A DNA stretch of 64,000 nucleotides. Source: Eledone cirrhosa (taxonomy: Eukaryota). The stretch covers positions 117,118,001 through 117,182,000 of the forward strand of contig OZ024740.1 of NCBI GenBank assembly GCA_964016885.1. Direction: 5' to 3'. The notes below the pieces were generated by a model, which worked only from the letters and a program-made list of their open reading frames with translations, was not told the origin of the DNA and searched no databases. The position numbers and the translations under genes were made by a program. Within the stretch, counting starts at the first letter, position 1, and each line of letters starts with the position of its first letter. Of the stretch, positions 28,691 through 38,474 are shown piece after piece.

Positions 28691-28856
28691 GGGAAGAAGA
28701 CGCACGAGGTGACGGAGGTCATGAAATCGCTCCCGTAAGTTTTGAATTTTTAACATATTTAAATCATTTGTGAAATAACAACTCTTAGTACAAATGCTAC
28801 GTAAAGCACCCGGCTTGAGCCCCAAAAAAATTCGGACCCAAAATATATTGTTATAA

Positions 28857-29498
28857 GGCTCAAATATTCAAATATTCAACTTTGTATTGTACACTGTATA
28901 TCCAAAAAAAAATGGCTATAAATGGAAGAAGAAGAACCCCCCCCCTCCTCTCCTCTGGCTACACTATATAGGACAGCTAAACTCACCAACACCAGAAACT
29001 AGATACACCACCCACCCCATCATCTGTGTACACTAAACACAACAGCATTTTCACCTTCACCGCCACCGCTCACTACGCCCATCATTACCACCACTATCCC
29101 ATCACCGCCGCCACCACCCCTTGACTCCTTCACTGCTGCTGCCACCGCTACAGCACCATCACTACAGTAATACGGCTCAAATATTCAAATATTCAACTTT
29201 GTATTGTACACTGTATATCCAAAAAAAATAAAATGGCTATAAATGGAAGAAGAAGAACCCCCCCCCCCTCCTCTCCTCTGGCTACACTATATAGGACAGC
29301 GAAACTCACCAACACCAGAAACTAGATACACCACCCACCCCATCATCTGTGTACACTAAACACAACAGCATTTTCACCTTCACCGCCACCGCTCACTACG
29401 GCCATCATTACCACCACTATCCCATCACCGCCGCCACCACACCTTGACTCCTTCACTGCTGCTGCCACCGCTACAGCACCATCACTACAGTAATACGG
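28857..29498 (+). repeat. Tandem duplication, 2 x ~317 bp, in the Dong-B leader
   Basis: ggctcaaatattcaaatattcaac..actacagtaatac at 28857 and again at 29174, differing mainly in homopolymer lengths. Confidence 0.92.
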
Positions 29499-30071
29499 TC
29501 GCATCACCGCCACCACTGCCTCGGTATCGACACCACCACCACCACTGTCTCAGTATCGCCAACGCCGCCAGTCTCTGCTGGCTGCCACTTCCACATTATA
29601 GAATTCCTACTACTAACAAAGAGGAAGGCATCAAAATATATAGATAGACTCAAAAGAAAAAAGAATAAACAAACAACAAAAGCAGCACAGCAACAGCAGC
29701 AAAAAACGAGAAAAACAAACACAGAAAAACAAAAACAAAAAAAGACACCCCAAAAACGTAAAGAAAATAAGAATGAAGAGAGAAGCAGGCGGACGGACAG
29801 AGAAGAGGGGGGAAAAAGTAAAACTTAAAAAACAAAAACTAAGTCAGACATTCGAATACTACATTACAATGAAACTTATGCTTATTCATTTTTGGGGCCC
29901 TTTCTGCCCGTGTGTTTGTTTGTTTATGTGTGTCCGTATACAGCGTGGTGATAATGCCACACAAGGGCCAAGTGGGATGGCGGATCCACAGATGGCTATG
30001 TAAACATACATTCGCCAATCCTCGATAAGAGTGTTTAAATATCGAACATAAACAGTTCGAATAACGGTGAA

Positions 30072-33000
30072 ATGGAGACTAGAACGTCATGTGACAGACT
30101 CTCACCCAACAGGTGCCCCCTGGCTCAGCAGCAGGAACCTGACTGTCAACCAAATACTGCTGATGTTGGAGGAAGAAGAAGAAGGAAAGGGGCCAGAACC
30201 AACTGGACGAAAGAATTGAATAGAACTGTTATGCAATGCTACCTGAAAAGTAACCCCAAGGAGAGGGGCTACAGGAGACGGATGCATAACATCTGGAACG
30301 AGATTGGTTTATTTAAATTAGATGAACAAAAATTGGCCGGACAGGCTCGGGTAATAAGAACTAATGGGTGGATAAGCGAGCTGGAACTGGAGGAACTGAG
30401 CAGAGAGAATGGCTTGGAGATGGCGGGTGTAGTATGCCAGACAAGCGAGCCGGCGGGAAATGAAGGTGAGGAGGTCCTGAGAACGGAGGAACCACCCGAA
30501 GCAGACAATGATCTGAATACTGAGATAAATAATACCTGGAACAGAGATACGGCCACTGAGGAGATGAATGCTGACGGGCTAGGACAAGATTCGGTTGACA
30601 TCCTAAATTTAGTGGTAGATGAGTTGAACAATGATAGTGGGAGACCTATGAACCTAAGATTTGTAGACAGGAAAAAGTTAAAAGAAACAACAGCTAAGGT
30701 AAACAAAGTCATCCCATACCTTGAGGCGAGGAGTCTTCACCAGTGCAACAATATCCTCAAAGCAACAGCAAATACGGTGAGGAAACTACTTGGTATAAAA
30801 GTGAGAGGAAACAACAGACAAGAAAGAGCAGAGCCGTGGTGGAAGAAGCGACTGAGTGGGCAAATCGAGGAAATGAGAAATGACATAGGAAAGCTTGAGT
30901 CACTACTGAATGGGACACTAAAAAACATAGGCACTAAAAATAGACTGGAAATAAAATACAAAACTAGGAGTAAAAAGCTAAATATTATCATAGAGGAATT
31001 GAAGCAACGCATTGTAGCAAAGAGTGCCAAAATCAGGCGATACGAGAACAGAGTCAGTCAGTATAAACAGAACCGCATGTTCGACAACAACCAGAAGATG
31101 CTGTTTGGACAGCTTGAGGGGAAAGAAAGAGGCAACGACTTGATCCCTGGGGCGGAACAAGCTAAAACATTCTGGAGAGGAATATGGGAGCAGGATGTTA
31201 GACACAATGCCCAGGCAGGGTGGATTGAGACAGTACAGAGGGAGATCGGTGAGCAGGCACAGCAACAGACTGATTTGAGTATCACAGTTGAAACTCTTAA
31301 GGGGCAAGCCAAAAAACTAACCAACTGGAAATCACCAGGCCCAGATGATGTGCAGGGGTATTGGATTAAACATTTAACATCCCTCCACCCGAAGCTGACG
31401 GCCATGTTCAATGACTGCTTGGTGTCGGGTGAGGTGCCAGAGTGGTTGACAAAAGGCACCACAGTTCTGATAATGAAAGACCGAATCAAGGGTAATGATG
31501 TTACCAACTATAGACCTATCACATGTCTGCCCGTAATGTGGAAACTGTTGACGAGCATTGTGTCTGAGGAAATCTACCATCACCTCCACACAAACAACTT
31601 GTTGCCGGACGAACAGAAAGGATGCCGAAAGAAGTCACGTGGTACAAAGGACCAGTTGCTTATTGATAAGATGGTAATGGGGAATTGCAGGAGGAGACAC
31701 ACTGATCTTGCCATGGGATGGATAGACTACAGAAAGGCATTTGACATGGTGCCTCATTCCTGGATCACCAAAAGCCTGGAGATCTTCAGGGTGGCAGATA
31801 ACATCAGACAGTTGCTGGGCAGGAGTATGGGGTCCTGGGAGACAGAGTTGACATCAACTGGAGTATCCTTGGGAAGCGTGAAGATCAAGAGAGGTATCTT
31901 CCAGGGAGATAGCCTGTCCCCTCTGTTGTTTGTCCTTGCCCTGATGCCCTTGACCATTATGCTGCGAAAAGTGAGAGCAGGATACAAGTTGGGAAGGGGA
32001 GAGCTTACCATCAATCACCTCCTCTTCATGGACGATCTTAAGCTCTTCGGGAAAAGTGAGAAGGAGTTGGATGTGCTTGTTGACACTGTCCGTATTTTCA
32101 GCAGTGATATATGTATGCAGTTTGGTATTGGTAAATGTGGAGTCATTGTGATGAGGAGGGGTAGGTTGAGCAGAAGTAACGGGATCCAGATACCAACAGG
32201 TGAGATGATAAAGGAAATTGACTCTGAGGAAGGATACAAGTATTTGGGCGTTCTGGAGGCTGATGGCATAAAGAACAAAAAAATGAAGGAATTGTTAAGA
32301 ACTGAATACATTCGGAGAGTAAGGAGCGTATTGAAGTCACATCTGAACAGCAGAAATGCCATAAGCGCAGTAAATTCCCGAGCTGTGTCTATTATTAGGT
32401 ACAGTGCGGGAATTCTGAGATGGAATGTTGCTGAACAAAAAGAAATGGATAGGAAGACTAGGAAGCTATTGACTATCTACAACATGTTCCACAAGAGGAG
32501 TGATGTCGATAGACTCTACCTAGGGAGATCTGAGGGTGGAAGAGGTCTTATCAGCATAGAGGACTGTGTTCGGATGGAGAAAAACAACCTATACAAATAC
32601 GTGACCTATAGTAAGGAGCCAATGCTCAGAGCTGTACTGAAGGAGGGGACAGTAGGCCAGGGGATATCCAAGGAGGAAATAACATCAAGGAGGAAGAGCA
32701 GCCTTAAGGGAAAATCCCTTCATAGTACCTTCTTTGAGAAAACTGAATTTAGAGATCCACAGACATGGAACTGGTTGAGAAGAGGAGACCTCAAAAAGGC
32801 TACAGAAGGAATGCTAATGGCTGCGCAGGAGCAGGCCCTCAAAACGAAGTGGTTGAAGCACCATATCTACAAGGAGGAGGCTAGCCCACTGTGCAGGATC
32901 TGTGGAGAGAGAGAGGAGACTGTGGCTCACATTGTGTCCGAGTGTAAACACCTAGCCCAGACCCACTATAAGGGCTGGAGACACGATGTGATGGGCAGGG

Positions 33001-33464
33001 TGATCCACTGGCACCTGTGCAAAGTAAACAATCTACCACATTCTGAGAAATGGTATGAGCATAGGCCAGAGGCGGTGATGGAGAACAGTCAGGTGAAGGT
33101 GCTGTGGGATTTTAGGATACAGACGGACAAAAAACTGGAACACAATAGACCTGACCTGGTGGTTGTGGACAAAGAAAAAAGATCGTGCCTGATTGTGGAT
33201 GTGGCCTGCCCGTTCGACACGAGAGTGCAAGAGAAGGAGAGGGAGAAAATTAACCGATACCAGGACCTAAAGTGGGAGGTGAAAAGGATTTGGAACTGCC
33301 ATGAAGTCAAAGTGATCCCGATTGTCATAGGCGCACTGGGGACTATCTCCAAAGGTTTCCAGGGATGGTTAAAGAAAATCGGCCCCTTCACGCTTTTTGG
33401 AACGCTTCAAAAGGCATGCTTGCTTGGAACGGCAAGAACCCTCCGATACGTCCTGAATATCTGA
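30072..33464 (+). CDS. R4/Dong-clade reverse transcriptase with C-terminal restriction-like endonuclease (1130 aa)
   Basis: N-terminal WTKELN..CY..GYRRRM..W Myb-like region; [40 protein letters not shown]; CRICGEREETVAHIVSEC; RHD; NRPDLVV..IVDVACP..KINRY. Confidence 0.95.
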   Translation: METRTSCDRLSPNRCPLAQQQEPDCQPNTADVGGRRRRKGARTNWTKELNRTVMQCYLKSNPKERGYRRRMHNIWNEIGLFKLDEQKLAGQARVIRTNGWISELELEELSRENGLEMAGVVCQTSEPAGNEGEEVLRTEEPPEADNDLNTEINNTWNRDTATEEMNADGLGQDSVDILNLVVDELNNDSGRPMNLRFVDRKKLKETTAKVNKVIPYLEARSLHQCNNILKATANTVRKLLGIKVRGNNRQERAEPWWKKRLSGQIEEMRNDIGKLESLLNGTLKNIGTKNRLEIKYKTRSKKLNIIIEELKQRIVAKSAKIRRYENRVSQYKQNRMFDNNQKMLFGQLEGKERGNDLIPGAEQAKTFWRGIWEQDVRHNAQAGWIETVQREIGEQAQQQTDLSITVETLKGQAKKLTNWKSPGPDDVQGYWIKHLTSLHPKLTAMFNDCLVSGEVPEWLTKGTTVLIMKDRIKGNDVTNYRPITCLPVMWKLLTSIVSEEIYHHLHTNNLLPDEQKGCRKKSRGTKDQLLIDKMVMGNCRRRHTDLAMGWIDYRKAFDMVPHSWITKSLEIFRVADNIRQLLGRSMGSWETELTSTGVSLGSVKIKRGIFQGDSLSPLLFVLALMPLTIMLRKVRAGYKLGRGELTINHLLFMDDLKLFGKSEKELDVLVDTVRIFSSDICMQFGIGKCGVIVMRRGRLSRSNGIQIPTGEMIKEIDSEEGYKYLGVLEADGIKNKKMKELLRTEYIRRVRSVLKSHLNSRNAISAVNSRAVSIIRYSAGILRWNVAEQKEMDRKTRKLLTIYNMFHKRSDVDRLYLGRSEGGRGLISIEDCVRMEKNNLYKYVTYSKEPMLRAVLKEGTVGQGISKEEITSRRKSSLKGKSLHSTFFEKTEFRDPQTWNWLRRGDLKKATEGMLMAAQEQALKTKWLKHHIYKEEASPLCRICGEREETVAHIVSECKHLAQTHYKGWRHDVMGRVIHWHLCKVNNLPHSEKWYEHRPEAVMENSQVKVLWDFRIQTDKKLEHNRPDLVVVDKEKRSCLIVDVACPFDTRVQEKEREKINRYQDLKWEVKRIWNCHEVKVIPIVIGALGTISKGFQGWLKKIGPFTLFGTLQKACLLGTARTLRYVLNI

Positions 33465-33550
33465 GGCTGCAGGTAGTGGCTTGATATTCAATCCAACGGA
33501 CTTTCCAGTTAACCAACATCAATGACTGAGATTCAAGGAATAACAATAAC

Positions 33551-33587
<37 letters not shown>

Positions 33588-33589
<2 letters not shown>

Positions 33590-34706
33590 CTAAGGGAATC
33601 ACATGATTGGATGATCAAACTCGTTTTGAAACACGAAAGCACCAAAAGATCATATTCCATTACAAAAGATGCACAAAGATACAGTAATGGACTACAAATT
33701 TCAGAAGTCCCATTTACTGCTGAAATGGAAAACACAGAAAAAGCAAAGCAGGTAAAAGTAACTGCAAAGAAAGAACTGCTACAGAAACTGGCTAAGAAAT
33801 GGCAAGAAAAGCCTCTGTATGGAAAATACCCAGAGCGAGCTAACAATCCTGATGTTGACAAAACTTTAACCCATCAGTGGTTGGCATCCTCTGGACTGAA
33901 ATCGGAGACTGAAGGACTGATTATATCAGCACAAGATCAGTGTCTGCCAGCAAAAAATTACCAAGCCAACATAATAAAAAATGGGTGCAGCCCATTATGC
34001 CGTGTATGCAAAAAACAACCAGAGACCATTGACCATATAATTTCAATGTGCAGTCCTATAGCTCCAACCGAATACATAAACAGGCATGACAGAGCTGCAC
34101 AATACATACATTGGATAATGTGTAAGCATTTTGACCTGCCCCATCAAAAGAATTGGTGGGAGCATCAACCACCTCCCATACTTGAAAAAGATCACATCTC
34201 AATCTTGTGGAACTTTAGCATCCAAACAGACCGAAAAATAGATGCAAATAGACCTGATATAATATTGAAGGACTTTCAAAAGAGGGTATGCCTGCTAATT
34301 GATATGTCTGTTCCCATAGACAAGAATGTATCTTTAAAAACATTTGAAAAATTGAGCAAGTATAAGGACCTGGAGATAGAAATTGGAAAAATGTGGAAAT
34401 TGAGAACTAAAACAATACCAGTGGTTGTAGGCGCTCTGGGAATGATACCTAAGAGGTCTAATGATTACATATCGCAAATCCCAGGAAACCGGCGTATAGG
34501 AGAAATACAAAAGATAGTACTAATGGGAACTGCCCATATACTAAGGAAGATTATGTCAATATAAGTACATCACAAGTCTAAACACTAAAGATGCATGTGT
34601 GAATATGTATGTTCTTTCTTGAACATGGCGGACCTTGTTGTCTCTTGAGGTCACTGGTTGTGACTTGGTGATAACTCGTATGAACATAAAGCAAAATAAA
34701 TGCAAC

Positions 34707-34708
<2 letters not shown>
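33588..34708 (+). mobile_element. R4/Dong family A, 5'-truncated copy (zinc knuckle + RLE + 3' UTR)
   Basis: Near-identical to 20578-21698; open frame 33611-34564; (TAA)n both sides. Confidence 0.93.
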
Positions 34709-34759
<51 letters not shown>

Positions 34760-35018
34760 TTTCTTTATTAACCACAAGGGTTTACATAAAGTAGACATTA
34801 AGGACAGTGCAGGACAATGCAGGACAGTACAAATGGGCATTTCTGCGTGTAAAAAACAAAAACAGAGGATGTAACAAAAATAACAATGAAAATAACAATG
34901 AAAAATTCCCCAATAGGGGGGAGACTTCGGAGGGACATTTGTGGAGAAAGCCCAGTAAAAAGCCACAATGACCCTGACCACCAAGGCAAGTGCCCTCTCC
35001 CAGTTTTCCACCTTTAGT

Positions 35019-38000
35019 TTACAGATATATACTCAGAGTAGGCCCATTCACTCGGGCCATTCTTGCTTCTCTCACCCATCTTTCAACAAAATGCTGGGAA
35101 GAGAGCACTTCCCTCTCTACTCTGATTTTCCTTTTCAAATGAAATTTGAAAAAGTCAATCAGAGCATCACCGAAGAGGTAAGTGCTCGTCTTCAGCCCTT
35201 TCAAACGTGTCCACCATACTATCTCTTTCGCCATGGCCACCAGAAAGATAAAAACTTTCCTGCCCTTCCCGGCTAAAGGAGGAGGGCGGGGCAATCCTCA
35301 CGATGGACTCAGATGATAGCCGGATGCGTCCTAAACGCGACAGCAGGTGTTCGACATAAACCCACAAGTCAGCAATTTTCGGACACTGGACGAGTGCGTG
35401 CAGGACGGTTTCGTCGCCCTGCGCGCATCTCGGACATGCCCGGCTGACGGCACCTCCATGCCTGTAGAGTTTATCCCGAACTGGCAAGGCTCCTCGGTAG
35501 CACTGCCAGGCCAGAGATTTCTGGAAGTTGTCCATAGGCCCCGGCCCGAAAGTTCTTCCGAAGAGATTGGCTAGTTGATTTTCGTCGACGCCTAGAGTTT
35601 CCCCAAGTACGTCGTCGCTCTTACCCTCCACCAATCCTCTATAGAACGCCGAGGTGGAGTTTCCACCGATCACATTGCCCGATTGGTCGAGGGCTGTGAG
35701 CGCCTGAAGACATTCCAGTCTCCAGGCGCTCCCTCTCGGTCTTCGCTTGACCCAGGACTGCAGCTCCGTCAAGGAAACGAGCTGGGGAAATACGCGCCTA
35801 GCAAACGGCGACCACACCTGATCACCGTCGAGGAAGAGGTGGAGATGTCGTAGCCTGAGCGCGTGCCTGCGCATCATCAGCCACGGCATGCCCAGCCCTC
35901 CACGTAGCGGGTGTTGACAACAGATGGACCGCCTGACCATCGGAGCACGTCCCTTCCACAAAAAGCGAAAGAGCAAACGCTCCAGCGCAGTCAGGCGAGG
36001 CTTAGGACAAGGTACGACGGTCAGGCGGTAGCAGATGACAGACGCGATGTACGCGTTAGCCACCTCCGCTCGACCTTTCAGGGATAGCTTCCTCTCCGCC
36101 CATTTCTGGGTGAGAGAAGCCACCCTGCTCGTCACCTCGTCCCAGTTTTTGTCCGTCTGGAGGTCCGGACCGAACCAGACCCCTAGCAATTTAACCGGTC
36201 CGTCCGTCCAGCGCCCGACGACGCTGTTGGACGGCATGGACCTGCCTCTCCAGGTGCCGAGCTGCAGGCCCACTGACTTTTCCTGGTTGATCATTGCTCC
36301 TGTCACCGCTTCGTATTCTCTTAGTGTAGTGCCGATCGCCTCGATGTGTTTGGCGTTCGACACCACTACGGTGACATCGTCCGCATATGCTGACACGGAT
36401 CTTCCGCATCCTAGTTCGCGCGGGACTCCCCTCAACGTCTCCAGTTTGTGCAGTAATGGCTCGAGAGTCAATACGTACAAGAGGGACGAGAGGGGACATC
36501 CTTGGCGGACCGAGCGCATGATGTTGAACGGTTCCGACAGGTGACCGTTCACTCTCACCACAGAGCAGATGTCGCTGTGCATGGCAGCGATCCAGCCTCT
36601 GAAGACGGGCCCAAAGCCAGCCGCCCTCAGGACGGCCGCTAGGTAAGGATGGTCGACCCTATCGAAAGCTTTCGACTGATCTAAATTGATCAAGGACCCA
36701 CCCGTGCCAGGTTCCTTAGCTACCCTCTCTATGATGTATCGCATGAGGTGGAGGTTGTCGTGGATGGATCTGTCGGGAATGGCGCATGTCTGCGCCTCTC
36801 CCACCAGACCACCAACGACAAGCGCCAACCTCTTTGCTAGCACCTTGGCCAAAATCTTGAACTCTGTGTTTAGCAGAGTTATGGGCCGGAAATTGTCTAT
36901 GTTATCCCCCTTGTTCGGATCCTTTCTCAGCAGTGCCACCGCTCCTCGGCTCACAGAACTGGGAATTCTCCCGTTCTGTTGCCAGTTGCAGTAGACGTCC
37001 GCCAAGAGGCCTCCGAACAAGTCTGGCATCTGTACGTAAAGTTCATAGGGCAGACAATCCAAACCAGGCGATTTACCCCTTGTGCAGCCAGTCATTGCCT
37101 CCCTTACTTCAGCGGCTGTTATCGGCTTTTCGCAACACTTCGCCTCAGTGGCCGAGAGCCGCGGCAGTCCGTCGAGGTAGACACTAAAGTCCATCCCTCT
37201 ACCCGGCCCACCGCTGCCCCCGAACAGCTGAGCGAAGTGTCGCTGAAAAGCTTCACACATTTGCCCGGGATCGAGTAGCATGCGCCCGTCGTGGTCCACC
37301 AAAGACCGGATCGTGGCTTTGTTGCCACGACGCGCCTCCGCCACTCGGGCCCATTGAACGGCTTTCGTCCCCTCGTGTCTGAGAGCACGCACCCTAGCTC
37401 TGACAACGCAGCCTTCGTGCTTTGCATTGAAGAATTGGTCAAGGGTCAATTTCGCCGCAAGCACGTCGGTCGCAATGCCTTTGCTAAGCGCCTCGTCTAA
37501 TATTCTAACTAGTTCTCCCTCTGCTCTATTTTTCTCTATTGCTAAAGCCTTACTAAACCTAATCGATTCTATTCTAATCGCTCTTTTCAGAGCAAACCAC
37601 CACTTGTTGTTGACGATGGCCCCCGTCAACGCCCGCTTAACTAGTTCGCTAATCCGGTCTCTGTAGGCCTTGCGCGCTGGTAAGGACGCGTTTAGCTTCC
37701 AGTAGCCGGGTCCTCGTCTATGAAGCCTATCTAAGTCAAGCACACAGGTCACGAATTTGTGGTCCGTGTAGCTGACTATCTTGAATTGTGGACAGCCTAT
37801 GCTAGACCTATCTATTTCCCTACAAAATACTCTATCTAGATATGATCTGGATGACCCTATGCGGTTTGTCCAAGTCCACATTGGCACATTCGGGAAATCC
37901 AATCGGTACCTGTCAGACAGTTCAAAACGCCTGAGCAGGTTGGTGAGGCTCTTGCACCCTCCACCCCTATCCGCTAATCCCACACAGTCCCAGCGTGCAT

Positions 38001-38439
38001 CTAAGATCCCGTTCCAGTCGCCCACTAACACTAAAGAGCGGGACGTTCCAAGAAAGGTCTCCAGACGCCGGAAGAAATCAGGCCGCCCTGCTCCTGTCGG
38101 GGCATAGACGGCCACTAGCCTGAAAGCTTGCCCGTCTCCGCTGGTCACGTCCAGCACCACCAACTTACCCTCTGGGTACAGAAAGATGGTCCGTATGGCG
38201 AGATCCAAACCTCTCCGAAAAAGCACAGCAACTCCTCCACCCGATCCAGGACGGCTGGGAGATGCGTACACATCGTAGCCGCCGAAGATCGGTGCGAAGG
38301 CCCGTGCTTCGGAGATTCTGGTCTCGCTGATGGCCACTACATCTATGTTTAGTGACCTGAGGTCGTTGAGCAGGTGACCCTGCTTCCATGACGACCCCAA
38401 GCCACGCGCATTTATGCTGCCTATTCTGAGTGAGGTCAT
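35019..38439 (-). CDS. Tx1/L1 ORF2: APE endonuclease + reverse transcriptase + CCHC (one +1 frameshift near 35256)
   Basis: APE: SINARGL, ISET, LVGDWN, YLDRVF, TDH; GPGYWKLN; RT: KSPGLD, NFRPITLLN, LDQSKAFDRVDH, RQGCPLS, YADD; CPRC..H..C; true C-terminus (..LSIYL*) inferred from sister copies. Confidence 0.92.
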
Positions 38440-38474
38440 GTTTAAAATAGAGTGGAAAAGATGGGAAAGACCAC

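Larger units (their letters stand above)
28691..33538 (+). mobile_element. R4/Dong family B, apparently full-length intact element between (TAA)n tracts
   Basis: Single intact ORF, 74-nt 3' UTR, (TAA)n both sides; the 5' boundary (28691) is inferred from the microsatellite junction. Confidence 0.85.
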
